DNA of 64,000 bases from Flectonema sp. DT1601 (taxonomy: Eukaryota): assembly GCA_964019425.1 (NCBI GenBank), contig OZ025793.1, positions 496,001-560,000 of the forward strand, given 5' to 3'. This document shows positions 38,218-50,243 of the stretch, in pieces. Within the stretch, counting starts at the first letter, position 1; every line of letters starts with the position of its first letter. The notes below the pieces were generated by a model that did no database searches, was not told the DNA's origin, and was given only the letters and a program-made list of their open reading frames with translations. Position numbers and translations under genes: made by a program.

Positions 38218-40962
38218 ATGTTCAAGGTAACTGGAATTATCGCTCTCTTGGCTACGGCTGCGTGCCAACCAACCGCTACGAAGACGCTGACCCTGACAAA
38301 GACGGACACTCCAAGTACTACTATTTCGTTGTCGCAGTCTCTAACAAAAAGTGAGACATTGAGAACTGCCACTGCTACATTCACACAAACACTGTCAGAC
38401 AGTCTGACTAACTCCTTGTCACTATCTAAAAGTTTGACAAACTCGTTATCGCAGTCGCTGTCAAAGACAAATTCGTTATCGCAGTCTCTAACAGAGACTG
38501 GAACATTGAGAACTGCCACTGCTACATTCACACAAACACTGTCAGACAGTCTGACTAACTCCTTGTCACTATCTAAAAGTTTGACAAACTCGTTATCGCA
38601 GTCGCTGTCAAAGACAAATTCGTTATCGCAGTCTCTAACAGAGACTGGGACATTGAGAACTGCCACTGCTACATTCACACAAACACTGTCAGACAGTCTG
38701 ACTAACTCCTTGTCACTATCTAAAAGTTTGACAAACTCGTTATCGCAGTCGCTGTCAAAGACAAATTCGTTATCGCAGTCTTTAACAGAGACTGAGGCAT
38801 TGAGAACTGCTACTGCTACATTCACGCAAACACTGACAGACAGTGAGACATTGAGAACTGCTACTGCTACATTCTCACAAACGCCGTCAAATAGTCTGAC
38901 TAACTCCTTGTCGCTGTCAAAGACAAATTCGTTATCGCAGTCTTTAACAGAGACTGGGACATTGAGAACTGCTACTGCTACATTCACACAAACACCGACA
39001 GGCAGTCTGACTAACTCCTTGTCACTATCTAAAAGTTTGACAAACTCGTTATCGCAGTCGCTGTCAAAGACAAATTCGTTATCGCAGTCTTTAACAGAGA
39101 CTGGGACATTGAGAACTGCTACTGCTACATTCACACACACACCGACAGACAGTCTGACTAACTCCTTGTCGCTGTCAAAGACAAATTCGTTATCGCAGTC
39201 TTTAACAGAGACTGGGACATTGAGAACTGCTACTGCTACATTCACACACACACCGACAGACAGTCTGACTAACTCCTTGTCGCTGTCAAAGACAAATTCG
39301 TTATCGCAGTCTTTAACAGAGACTGGGACATTGAGAACTGCTACTGCTACATTCACACAAACACCGACAGGCAGTCTGACTAACTCCTTGTCACTATCTA
39401 AAAGTTTGACAAACTCGTTATCGCAGTCGCTGTCAAAGACAAATTCGTTATCGCAGTCTTTAACAGAGACTGGGACATTGAGAACTGCTACTGCTACATT
39501 CACACACACACCGACAGACAGTCTGACTAACTCCTTGTCGCTGTCAAAGACAAATTCGTTATCGCAGTCTTTAACAGAGACTGGGACATTGAGAACTGCA
39601 ACAGAGACTGGGACATTGAGAACTGCTACTGCTACATTCACACAAACGCCGTCAAATAGTCTGACTAACTCCTTGTCGCTGTCAAAGACAAATTCGTTAT
39701 CGCAGTCTTTAACAGAGACTGGGACATTGAGAACTGCAACAGAGACTGAGACATTGAGAACTGCTACTGCTGCATTCTCACAAACACTGGCAAACAGTCT
39801 GACTAACTCCTTGTCACTATCTAAAAGTTTGACAAACTCGTTATCCCAGTCTCTAATAGAGACTGGGGCATTGAGAACTGCTACTGCTACATTCACGCAA
39901 ACACTGGCAAACAGTTTGACAAACCCGTTATTGCAGTCGTTGTCGCAGTCTTTAACAGAGACTGGGACATTGAGAACTGCTACTGCTACAACGCCGTCAA
40001 AGACAAATTCGTTATCGCAGTCAACAGAGACTGGGACATTGAGAACTGCTACTACTGGGGCATTGAGAACTGCTACTGCTACAACGCCGTCAAAGACAAA
40101 TTCGTTATCGCAGTCTCTGACGACTGAGACATTAACAATTGCTACTGCTACACAAGCGCCGTCAAAGAGTCTGACTAACTTACTGTCACAAACTAAAACG
40201 CAAACTATTAGCTTGGTTCCAACTGCTATTACTGCTATTCCAACTGCTGCACCAACTGCTGCACCAACTGCTGCACCAACTGCTGCACCAACTGCTGCAC
40301 CAACTGCTGCACCAACTGCTGCGCCGACTGCTGCACCAACTGCTGCGCCAACTACCGCACCAATTGCACAAACCGCCGTACCAGCTAATAACGGAGCTCA
40401 ACAGAGAGCTACTGTCGGATTCGTTGTGAACATGGAGTTGACTGATCTGGTGGCACAGATTAGTGGAATCGAAACTGCGGCAACCGCGGCCTTGAGTTCC
40501 GCAACTGCTGTCATCTGTGTAAACATCTGTGAGCTGGCTGCCACAGGTAATACTCTCACTGGCACTTGCTTTAACTGTGACGGCACACCGCAGTCGAGAG
40601 GTGTTGCTGTTTTGGCTCCAGCTAGATACCGCACATCATTGACTGGACGTACTACCCTCGACCAGGCCCTTGTCCAAACCCGTCTTGCTGACTCCATCAG
40701 ACCGATCATTGTGGCTACTTCCGGTACCTTCGAATCTGTCGTTGTTGATCTCGTAGTCATCCCTACTGCTAGTGACGACGGTCTGAGTGGTGGAGCTATT
40801 GCGGGTATTGTTATTGGTTGTGTTGCATTTGTTGTTATCATCGTTGTGTTGGTTTACTGCTTCTGCTTCAAAAATGAAGGATACGATAATAAAGATGAAG
40901 TGCATTTCTCGTCTTGTGAACCATGTGAACTGGATGAGACCTGCCCTGATATGACTGTGTAA
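38218..40962 (+). CDS. Mucin-like membrane protein, subfamily B, copy M6 (914 aa) with long modular S/T/L repeats and (TAAP)n
   Basis: Signal MFKVTGIIALLATAAC, repeat blocks TLRTATATFTQT / SLTNSLSLSK / TNSLSQSL, same C-terminal domain and TM. Confidence 0.92.
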   Translation: MFKVTGIIALLATAACQPTATKTLTLTKTDTPSTTISLSQSLTKSETLRTATATFTQTLSDSLTNSLSLSKSLTNSLSQSLSKTNSLSQSLTETGTLRTATATFTQTLSDSLTNSLSLSKSLTNSLSQSLSKTNSLSQSLTETGTLRTATATFTQTLSDSLTNSLSLSKSLTNSLSQSLSKTNSLSQSLTETEALRTATATFTQTLTDSETLRTATATFSQTPSNSLTNSLSLSKTNSLSQSLTETGTLRTATATFTQTPTGSLTNSLSLSKSLTNSLSQSLSKTNSLSQSLTETGTLRTATATFTHTPTDSLTNSLSLSKTNSLSQSLTETGTLRTATATFTHTPTDSLTNSLSLSKTNSLSQSLTETGTLRTATATFTQTPTGSLTNSLSLSKSLTNSLSQSLSKTNSLSQSLTETGTLRTATATFTHTPTDSLTNSLSLSKTNSLSQSLTETGTLRTATETGTLRTATATFTQTPSNSLTNSLSLSKTNSLSQSLTETGTLRTATETETLRTATAAFSQTLANSLTNSLSLSKSLTNSLSQSLIETGALRTATATFTQTLANSLTNPLLQSLSQSLTETGTLRTATATTPSKTNSLSQSTETGTLRTATTGALRTATATTPSKTNSLSQSLTTETLTIATATQAPSKSLTNLLSQTKTQTISLVPTAITAIPTAAPTAAPTAAPTAAPTAAPTAAPTAAPTAAPTAAPTTAPIAQTAVPANNGAQQRATVGFVVNMELTDLVAQISGIETAATAALSSATAVICVNICELAATGNTLTGTCFNCDGTPQSRGVAVLAPARYRTSLTGRTTLDQALVQTRLADSIRPIIVATSGTFESVVVDLVVIPTASDDGLSGGAIAGIVIGCVAFVVIIVVLVYCFCFKNEGYDNKDEVHFSSCEPCELDETCPDMTV

Positions 40963-41188
40963 GTAGTACTTCTGTTCCACAGAGTGAGTTGAGGTTTAAA
41001 AATATTATCGGAGCTGTTTTTTCTGAGGAATGATTGTGCGTATTATCAATCCCTAAACCTGTCTGCTGAAGGTCATCCTTTTAAGAGACAGTTGTTTGGA
41101 AAGGAATGAGTTGCGCCATTCACTGCCTCCCGATTAAAACAGATCATATCCCTGTGTTATCATCCCTCTAGACCCACTATTTGCTTTA

Positions 41189-42134
41189 TTAGCCAATATT
41201 GCTGAAAAATGTTTAAAATTTACCTGTTGTGTGGAGCTGTCCATTTCGGAAACTTTTGTGTTGAGATCGAACATTTCAGAAACTTTTTTGTGGAATTATA
41301 GTTTTTCCCAAAAACTTAATCTGTTGAAAAACATCGGATCTCTCCCTCTAGGCATAGCGCAAAAGCTATATTTCTACACTGGAGGTTAATTCCTTTTTAC
41401 AAGGAGGGTTGACAATTGATTAACCCCAAAACGTGATTGGGTACTCTTTTTTGAGCCTTTCCCCCCTTTTCTTGTAATTTTCGTCGGGACCTAGTAAAAA
41501 AGTAATTGTGAGGTCTGTGTGATGTCTGGACGTGCGGAAGAAGTTAAAACCTTCTGGAAGGTCATTCTAACTTGTACTCCGTGATAAAGGAAGCTTTAGA
41601 AGACAAAAGGTGGTATAAAGACAGCTGTAACAGTTATGGCTGTCATCGACGGGGAAGCGTCAACGCCAAAAAGAAACAGCTACTGATGCCTCTGAAAGGA
41701 GTTACAGCGCAAATCCGCGCTTCTCTTGGAACACTTACTGTGTGCACCTGAGGAGAGTCTTGTTTCATGGAACTTCTAAATCGGAAGGCGTGGAAGAAGT
41801 ACACACTTTCTGATACAAACAGAAGTGCCTGCCTCTCGTGGAGACAATAACCTCTGCTACAGCACTACGTATTACATTGGTGATGATTTGGGTTCGCTTC
41901 CAATGTTGCGCGGGCTTTGCTGTTCCAACTACTATAGTTTAGATACCTACTCTTGTTCTTCTTCACACCAAATATCAATACTGCGAGTGATGGTGTCTTC
42001 TGCTACAACCAAATTCCTAAAAAAAAAAAATACAAGAAAGCAAATAATTTTCAAAATCGCAAAGTATTTCAAAGATTGCTATTTTTATTCAGATCTTTCG
42101 CACTGGTTTTAAACATTTTTCAGCAATTGGTTAG
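41189..42134. mobile_element. About 0.95-kb non-autonomous TIR element flanked by TA
   Basis: Left ttagccaatattgctgaaaaatgtttaaaa versus right ttttaaacatttttcagcaattggttag (inverted). Absent from the homologous spacers after M7 and M8. Confidence 0.75.
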
Positions 42135-42362
42135 TACAGTCTAACGATGCATTGTGAACTTAACTGTTAACTACTTATTTGAATAACGGATCGAGATATA
42201 ATGACATCAATAGATAGCATGTCGTCCTCGTTTCCCATTCAGATATCGTATTACGCTTCAGAAAAGGGGAAAAGAACAAAAAAAAAAAAAAAAAAAAAAT
42301 AACGTTATTTGATTACTGAATTTTTAATTTTTTTTTTTTTTTTTTTTTAACAAGATAAAATA

Positions 42363-44105
42363 TGAGGCGGTGCAGAAACCCAATTCTGTGGGCACCTAAT
42401 ACCCAATCCGAGCTCACTACCCCACGAAAGTACTATCCAAAAAACCCAAATCCGGTACTGGGGCATCCTCTAAGTGCTCACCAGTTTCAAAATTCCCAAT
42501 TTTTTTTTGACTGTTTCTGGTACTTTTGCCTTGTATCTCTGTTGGTTGCTCAAAATACTCAAAAACCAGCTTAGCAGCTACATTGCAGAAATTTGTTTAC
42601 ACCCTGGGTTCCTATGAAGACTGGAATGATAGGAACAGGAGAAGTGATGAGACAGGAGAATCATAGATCCCGTGAGAACTGCAGTACGATATCGGGTGGT
42701 GATTCTGAGTCACCCTTGCTGGCAGTGATGATTGAGCAATGTGAGCATGCTGTTCACAATAAGTACACCCTCAGGATTACTGGAGTTTTTCTAGAATCTA
42801 TAGCCGCTTGAGGACGCTGCTACAAGCTCTATGTTCCAGTGGCTGGGGATAGCAGAAGTGAATAAGACTGGGATAGTAGCAGGAAAGGAATTGTGGAAGA
42901 ATAGGGACAAGAAAGTGGAGTCAGTGGTTGCCTGTCAGTTGTAACACCTGACCTGAAAAATCAGGTTCAATAAGAACTGGTAACCACTAGTGGTACCATA
43001 ATATAAAACTCCTCCAAGTATCAAAAAAAAGGAGAGAGGCAGTTACTGTTACTGTTACTGTTGAAAACATGATGACCTCGTATCAACTAGTCGATAATAA
43101 CTCCCCTCTAAAAGACACTATCTCATACACACAGTACTGTTCTCTAGCTGGAGTTGAGTTTCAGCAGTTACGACGCTGTACGAATGTGTGCAACTACCGT
43201 CTCATCGACAAGAATCCATGAAAGAAGCTTGCCTGTCCGGCATCTTCAGTATTCGCCACATGTATCTGTGATGTTGACAGACGTAATGGGTGGATCTCTG
43301 GGGCCTTCAACATCATCGTAACTTCCTTCTGGCGCTCATAAAGTCCGAAGCTGAGAAGCGAACAACAATGAGAGGAATTATTGAAATAGATTCTCACATT
43401 GGAGATAAGAGACATGTCAGGTGTATTGAGAAGATACAGTGACCTGGTGACTATATCATGACTCTGGATTATAAAGAAAAGGGCTTCTAATGACAGAAGG
43501 GCCAAATTCCCCTTTCTATCAACAGGGGAAATAGTCTGCTTGGATGTGTACTACATGAGCAGTTTGGAACTGAGGTTCAGTGTGGCCATAACAACTTCCT
43601 ACTCCCACACATCAACCAGAATGCGATAGTAACGTATCCGGTTATGAATAAGTTCTTCTTGATGTCTGAGAATGATAAGATGATTCACTATTGGGCTGAA
43701 CTGGTAGGCCTTGAGAACACAGCCGTCATCAGCCTGTTCTGTAAAATAAGTTAATCAGCTTGGGTTAACTTTTTCCCTAGTCAGCATGGCAAGTCCGGGT
43801 GATCGACACTTTGGCAATATCACATCTGCGCTGACACTCGAATCTAAATCGCAGAAAATCTGGGCCTTCAAGAAAAGTAAAATTTCAAACATAATTTCTA
43901 CCAGTGCTACACAGCTTACAAGGCGAGTGTTACTAGAAACAGTCAAAAAAAGTGAAATTTTTAAACTGGTGGGCAGTAAAAGGGTGCCCCAGTACCGGAT
44001 TTGAGTTTTTTGGATAGTATTTTCGTGGGGTGGTGAGTTCGGATTGGGTGTTAGGTGCCCACGGGATAGCCTGGTAAAAATTGGGGGGGTTTCTGCACAT
44101 CCTCA
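42363..44105. mobile_element. About 1.74-kb DNA transposon remnant with roughly 180-bp imperfect TIRs and TA target duplication (Tc1/mariner-like ends)
   Basis: ta|TGAGGCGGTGCAGAAACCC...GGCACCTAATACCCAATCCGAGCTCAC... and the inverted copy ...GGATTGGGTGTTAGGTGCCC...GGGTTTCTGCACATCCTCA|ta. No intact transposase ORF. Confidence 0.88.
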
Positions 44106-44129
44106 TATATTATAAAATATTTTATATAA

Positions 44130-44426
44130 TCAGTCAAATTATTTATTTATTTATTTATTTATTTTTATTTTTTTTGCGAACTACTGGACAACGAAACATT
44201 TTAATGCGCCGCATCGTTCGGTTCATTTCCGCCTGAAATCTGGAGGTTGGCATCACATGCTTGTCACCTGAATTGAGAGAAGGGATTTTGTGATCTACTC
44301 AATGAGCTCAGCCACCAAAGTCTGCTGAGAAAAAAAAATCGAGCAAAAATATCATATTGCGCAATCTTGCTCGGGCGGTGAGAAAAATAGTGTGTTTTTT
44401 CAATCGCAGAAAATAATTTTGACTGA
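44130..44426 (+). mobile_element. MITE family X, copy A (forward)
   Basis: TIRs TCAGTCAAATTATTT...TGCGA / TCGCAGAAAATAATTTTGACTGA. Internal sequence shared with 45695-46024 and with inverted 48984-49817. Confidence 0.8.
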
Positions 44427-44667
44427 TGTATTTTTTATTTTATTTATTTCTTTTCCTTCCTTTTTGGCGTGTCACAGCGGTAGACAGTGGAGTTATCATG
44501 GTGCAAAGCTCTTTGATCTCTGCTGAATATTCAGAAAAAGAAAAACAAAAAAAAGAACAATAAATAATTATTGCAAACCAACAATTCTTAACATTAAGGT
44601 TCTTGAGTACTTTCGTTGGTTGACTCTCTTCTCTCTATTTCTTAACTAAATTCTCAACTTATTATAC

Positions 44668-45079
44668 TCAAGTTAACTGGAATTGTAACTCTCTTGGCTA
44701 CGACTGCGTGCCAACCAGCCGCTACATGACCCTGAAAAGGACAGACACTCCAAGTACTACTATTTCGTTATCGCAGTCTCTAACAACGACTGGGACATTG
44801 AGAACCCCTATACCTTAAAAGTTTCACAAACTCATTATCGCAAGCGCTCTGTCGCTGTTGATCTCACAACCATCAGTTCCTGCTGATACTGACGACGGTC
44901 TGAGTGGTGGAGCTATTGCGGGTATTGTTATTGGTTGTGTTGCATTTGTTGTTATCATCGTTGTGTTGGTTTACTGCTTCTGCTTCAACAAGAATGAAGA
45001 AGACAATAATAAAGGTGGAGAGCAATCGTCTTGTGAACCATGTGAACTGGATGAGACCAGCCCTGATATGACTGTGTAA
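44668..45079 (+). pseudogene. Decayed subfamily-B mucin gene with large internal deletion
   Basis: Frameshifted signal-peptide and repeat remnant fused to an intact TM-tail segment (DDGLSGGAIAG...SPDMTV*). Acceptor region and ATG deleted. Confidence 0.88.
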
Positions 45080-45118
45080 GTAGTACTTCTGTTCCACAGA
45101 GTAAGATGCGGTTTAAAA

Positions 45119-45343
45119 CCGGCCCTGCACACATACCAAGCTTTATCACTCTTTTAAAGATTCATGATGTTGTCTTCTTGTGATGTCCCTCTAGTATTTT
45201 AAGTTACGCTCTGAGGATTGTTGTATGGGTAATACCTGGTGACCGTGGCCCATCCTCATACCCAGCTATGTGGTTGGGACCCCGGGGTGCACAGTCAGGC
45301 CGGGCCCCCAGGTCCCACAGGTTTGGTGTATTTTGGGCCATAA

Positions 45344-45374
<31 letters not shown>

Positions 45375-45510
45375 TCATGAACAGCGAAATTTTTTTTTTG
45401 TTTCTTACTGAATGGAGAAAAAAAAGTATCATATTCAGTGAACAGCGAAAAAAAAAAAGATTTCTTTTACTGAATAGCGAAAATGGAATTATTGGACCCC
45501 CCGATCTCTC
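45119..45510. mobile_element. About 390-bp insertion interrupting the conserved subfamily-B 3' flank
   Basis: In other copies ggttt(t)aaaa is directly followed by aatattatcggagctg; here the two are separated by foreign sequence with ccggccctg / caggccgg inverted motifs and short internal tandem repeats. Confidence 0.6.
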
Positions 45511-45694
45511 AAAAATATTATCGGAGCTGTTTTTCTGAGGAGTGATTGTTCGAATTATCAATCCCAGTCTGCTGAAGGTCATCCTTTTGAGAATCTTACT
45601 GATTTTTAATAAGATAAATATGTGAAGGTCTGTCAAAAAAAGTATGGTACCGTACTTTCGACGAACACTCAATTATATTACAATATTTTATATA

Positions 45695-46024
45695 TCAGTC
45701 AAAATTATTTTTTGACTGACTAATTTTTAGACAACGAAATTTAAAATAGTAAAAAAAGCGACATTGATGCACTGCATCGTTCCATTTCTGTCCGAAATCT
45801 GGAGGTTGGCACCACGTGTTTGTCACCTGAGTTGAGAAAAGAGATTTTGTAGTTTACTCAATGAGCTCAGCCGTGGATAAGTACTAAAACTAAAATTTAA
45901 TCGGGTCTATTATGACGCTGCTGGCCAGCGGGATCCAGAGAAATAAATTTGAGCATATTGCGCAACCTTGCTCAGGCAGTGAGAAAATACTGTTTTTTAA
46001 TCGCAAAAAATAATTTTAACTCAT
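45695..46024 (+). mobile_element. MITE family X, copy B (forward, right TIR degenerate)
   Basis: Homologous to 44130-44426, same left flank. Confidence 0.75.
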
Positions 46025-46462
46025 CTGTATTTTTTGTTTTTGTTTTTTTCTTTTTTTTGGCGTGTTTACACAGCAGAATAAACGGTGGAGTTATCATGGT
46101 GCAAAGCTCTTTGATCTCTGCTGAATATTCAGAAAAAGAAAAACAAAAACAAACGAAAAGGAAAATATTCTTGCAAACCAACATTTCCTAACATTGAAGT
46201 TCTGATTTCTTTCGTTGGTTGACTTTCTTCTCTCTATTTCTTAACTAAATTATCAACTTATTATACATGAAGCTTTTGTGATTTATTTGCCTTCATGTTA
46301 ATTTTATTACTCTGTGGCATCTCATTCTGTAATGTGGCCAAAATGGGTAGTCTCTCTCTCATAATAGTGGTATCAAACCGCTAACGACTTATAATTGTTT
46401 CATCGCGTTGTTGAGGTTAGATTGTATGTTCATTTCTTCACAGTTTTTCACAAGCTCGCAAT

Positions 46463-47929
46463 ATGTTCAAGGTAACTGGAATTATCGCTCTCTTGGCTAC
46501 GGCTGCGTGCCAACCAACCGCTACGAAGACGCTGACCCTGACAAAGACGGACACTCCAAGTACTACTATTTCGTTGTCGCAGTCTCTAACAAAAAGTGAG
46601 ACATTGAGAACTGCTACTGGTACATTCACGCAAACACTGACAGACAGTCAGACATTGAGAACTGCAACAGAGACTGGGACATTGAGAACTGCTACTGCTA
46701 CATTCTCACAAACGCCGTCAAATAGTCTGACTAACTCCTTGTCGCTGTCAAAGACAAATTCGTTATCGCAGTCTTTAACAGAGACTGGGACATTGAGAAC
46801 TGCTACTGCTACATTCACACAATCACTGACAGACAGTGAGACATTGAGAACTGCTTCTGCTACATTCTCACAAACGCCGTCAAATAGTCTGACTAACTCC
46901 TTGTCGCTGTCAAAGACAAATTCGTTATCACAGTCTTTAACAGAGACTGGGACATTGAGAACTGCTACTGCTACATTCACACAAACGCCGTCAAATAGTC
47001 TGACTAACTCCTTGTCGCTATCTAAAAGTTTGACCAACTCACTGTCACAAACTGAGTCGCTGTCAAAAACAAATTCGTTATCGCAGTCTTTAACAGAGAC
47101 TGGGACATTGAGAACTGCTACTGCTACATTCACACAATCACTGACAGACAGTGAGACATTGAGAACTGCTACTGCTACATTCACACAAACGCCGTCAAAG
47201 AGTCTGACTAACTCGCTGTCACAAACTCTGCTAACCAGAACGCAGACTATTAGTTTAGTTCCAACTGCTATTCCAACTGCTCAACCAGCTGCACCAACTA
47301 CTGCTCCAGTTGTAGCAACTACCGCACCAGTTGCACAAACCGCCGTACCAGTTAGTAACGGAGCTCAACAGACAGCTACTGTCGGATTCGTTGTGAACAT
47401 GGAGTTGACTGATCTGGTGGCACAGATTAGTGGAATCGAAACTGCGGCAACCACGGCTTTGGGTTCCACGATTGCTGTCGTCTGTGTAAACATCTGTGAG
47501 CTGGCTGCCACAGGTAATACTCTCACTGGCACTTGCTTTAACTGTGACGGCACACCGCAGTCGAGAGGTGTTGCTGTTTTGGCTCCAGCTAGATACCGCA
47601 CATCATTGACTGGACGTACTACCCTCGACCAGGCCCTTGTCCAAACCCGTCTTGCTGACTCCATCAGACCGATCATTGTGGCTACTTCCGGTACCTTCGA
47701 ATCTGTCGTTGTTGCTCTCGTAGTCATCCCTACTGATAGTGACGACGGTCTGAGTGGTGGAGCTATTGCGGGTATTGTTATTGGTTGTGTTGCATTTGTT
47801 GTTATCATCGTTGTGTTGGTTTACTGTTTCTGCTTCAACAAGAATGAAGAAGACAATAATAAAGCTGGAGAGCAATCGTCTTGTGAACCATGTGAACTGG
47901 ATGAGACCAGCCCTGATATGACTGTGTAA
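46463..47929 (+). CDS. Mucin-like membrane protein, subfamily B, copy M7 (488 aa)
   Basis: Same architecture as M6, fewer repeat blocks. Confidence 0.92.
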   Translation: MFKVTGIIALLATAACQPTATKTLTLTKTDTPSTTISLSQSLTKSETLRTATGTFTQTLTDSQTLRTATETGTLRTATATFSQTPSNSLTNSLSLSKTNSLSQSLTETGTLRTATATFTQSLTDSETLRTASATFSQTPSNSLTNSLSLSKTNSLSQSLTETGTLRTATATFTQTPSNSLTNSLSLSKSLTNSLSQTESLSKTNSLSQSLTETGTLRTATATFTQSLTDSETLRTATATFTQTPSKSLTNSLSQTLLTRTQTISLVPTAIPTAQPAAPTTAPVVATTAPVAQTAVPVSNGAQQTATVGFVVNMELTDLVAQISGIETAATTALGSTIAVVCVNICELAATGNTLTGTCFNCDGTPQSRGVAVLAPARYRTSLTGRTTLDQALVQTRLADSIRPIIVATSGTFESVVVALVVIPTDSDDGLSGGAIAGIVIGCVAFVVIIVVLVYCFCFNKNEEDNNKAGEQSSCEPCELDETSPDMTV

Positions 47930-48398
47930 GTAGTACTTCTGTTCCACAGAGTAAGATGAGGTTTTTAAAAATATTATCGGAGCTGTTTTTTCTGAGGTAA
48001 TATTTGTACGAATTATCAATCCCTAAGTCTGTCTGCTGAAGGTCATCCTTTTAAGAGACAGTCGCTTGGAAAGGAGTGAGTTGCTCCACACGCTGGCTTC
48101 CGATTAACAGAAGTAGAGCAAATCCCTGACATATCGCCCCTCCAGACCCTTCCACTCACCCACCCATCCACTCACCCAGTGCTATATAACCTGAACATGT
48201 TTTATGCGAGAAACTTAACGGTTGACTACTTATTTGAATCACGAATCGAGAGTGTAATGGGTCTGATCGCATGAATAGACAGCATTGGTGCCATGTTATG
48301 CTTCTCGATTCCAGATATCTGATCTCGTGTTATGCACTTTAAAGAAAAAAATAAAAATAAAAATTGTTTTATTTTTTAAACAAGTTTAAACAAATATT

Positions 48399-48951
48399 AA
48401 ACATTCTTCAAAATACCGGTCCAAGAAAACCATTTTTTCACCTTTTTTTTTCCCGTAACAAGAAAACCCGCAAAGCGCGCTTTCTTAGATTTCCTAAATG
48501 TGTGTGTATTGAATATTTTTTCAACGCAAAACTTGCAATTGCCATTTATGAAGCAATAAATGGGAGCAGTAATACATTTACTAAGTTTAATCCCACTTGG
48601 ACTCAATTGTGAGATATGTTGTGTGATCCAAAGTATTTCATGTTTTTGCCTTTGCGATGATAATTTGAAAGCTGCCTTACGCGCTAAAAGCTGTCTTCTA
48701 TCATCCTGTTGGTTGCGCTGTACCAGCGGTCACTTGCGTGGCAGCTGGACGAGGTGCATATAATTGGCAGTGTAATTTTTCCATTTTTTTGAAATGCAAA
48801 AATGCTGTTCCTCATGCGTTGTGTGTGAGTCCAGTTACCTCTACGAAATGGAAAGGACTGTTCAAACGAGTTTTTAAAAGCGTTGCCGATTCAGTGTACT
48901 CAGATGAAGACCTTTTTTTTTTTTTTTGGGCTGGCGTTGTGAAGAATGTTT
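48399..48951. mobile_element. About 0.55-kb TIR element (MITE family Y), copy 1
   Basis: aaacattcttcaaaataccggtccaa versus ttgggctggcgttgtgaagaatgttt (imperfect inverted). Second copy at 52466-52987. Confidence 0.7.
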
Positions 48952-48983
48952 GGTGTGTAATTATATTTATAAAAATTAATATA

Positions 48984-49817
48984 TCAGTCATTCTTTTTTT
49001 TTTTTTTTTGCAACCAAAAAAACATCATTTTCTCACCGCCTGAGCAAGGTTACACGATATGTTACTTTTGCTCGATTTTTTATTTTTTGGAATCGGGGAG
49101 GGTGCGATCTGTAAAATTAGGCATAGGGATATACTTTTAAACATGGTAAGTGCTGCTAAAAAGAGATAAACGTCTCTTTGCAAGATTTCCTTGGTACTAC
49201 CCAATGATAAATATTAATCCCAGACCTGGAATGGAAAGATCCAGAAAATCTGAGTAAAAAACACCCCTAATTTTTTTTTGGAAAATTCTCCGTTGCTACC
49301 CCAAAACTAAAACTTTATTTTTCTCCGTTGTAGACCGCCAAGCAGTACCTCCGAGGGGTGAGACAGCACTTCTTCCGAGTATGAGAAGTCTTCCATCAGC
49401 ACTAGCTATGATGATGATGATGATGATGATATCACTCCATGTGTCTCAGATAGCTCATAATTCATCATAAGTTGTGACTTCATCTGCCTCACCGGCACAT
49501 GCTTAGTACTCTTTAATATATTTTTGCTCGATTATTTTTTCTCTGGATCCCGCTGGGTCAGCAGTGTAAAATTAGACCCTTCGATTAATTTTTAGTTTTA
49601 GTACTTGTCTACGGCTGAGCTGATTTAGTAAACCACAAAATCCTTTTTCTCGATTCGGGTGACAAGTATGTGATGCCAACCTCCCGATTTCGGACGGAAA
49701 TGAACCGAATGATGCGGCGCATTAAAATGCCGCTTCGATCGAAATTTTTACCATTTTTTTTTTGAAAAATTTTTTCATTGTCCAGAATTTGGTCGCAAAA
49801 AAAAAAAGAACGACTGA
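48984..49817 (-). mobile_element. MITE family X, copy C (inverted, with about 430 bp extra internal sequence)
   Basis: ta|TCAGTCA...GACTGA|ta. Interior is the reverse complement of copies A and B (e.g. gatgccaacctcccgatttcggacggaaatgaaccgaatgatgcggcgcattaa). Confidence 0.82.
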
Positions 49818-50243
49818 TATATTAATTTTTTTTTAATTAGTTTTTCTCGTAGCGTGTATTACTGCGAAATAGACGGTGGAGTTATCATGGTGCAAAGCTC
49901 TTTGATCTCTGCTGAATAATCGCAACAAAAATAAAAGGAAATTATTCTTGCGAACCAACATTTCTTAACATTGAAGTTCTTGATTTCTTTCGTTGGTTGA
50001 CTTTCTTTATTCTCTCTATTTCTGAACTAAATTATCAACTTATTATACATGAAGCTTTTGTGATTTATTTGCCTTCTTGATGATTTATTACTCTGTGGCA
50101 TCTCATTCTGTAATGTGGCCAAAATGGGTAGTCTCTCTCTCATAATAGTGGTATCAAACCGCTAACGACTTATAATTGTTTCATCGCGTTGTTGAGGTTA
50201 GATTGTATGTTCATTTCTTCACAGTTTTTCACAAGCTCGCAAT

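Noticed and set aside
38193..39896. 567-aa minus-strand ORF and similar antisense ORFs over the mucin genes
   Set aside because: Shadow of stop-free repeats of the + strand gene; no independent signal
38340..40360. Regular repeats as a possible CRISPR array
   Set aside because: In-frame coding repeats without unique spacers, in eukaryotic DNA with no cas genes
46083..46123. SECIS interpretation of the 41-nt hairpin with AAA loop
   Set aside because: No AUGA/GA quartet with correct spacing and no in-frame TGA in neighbouring genes
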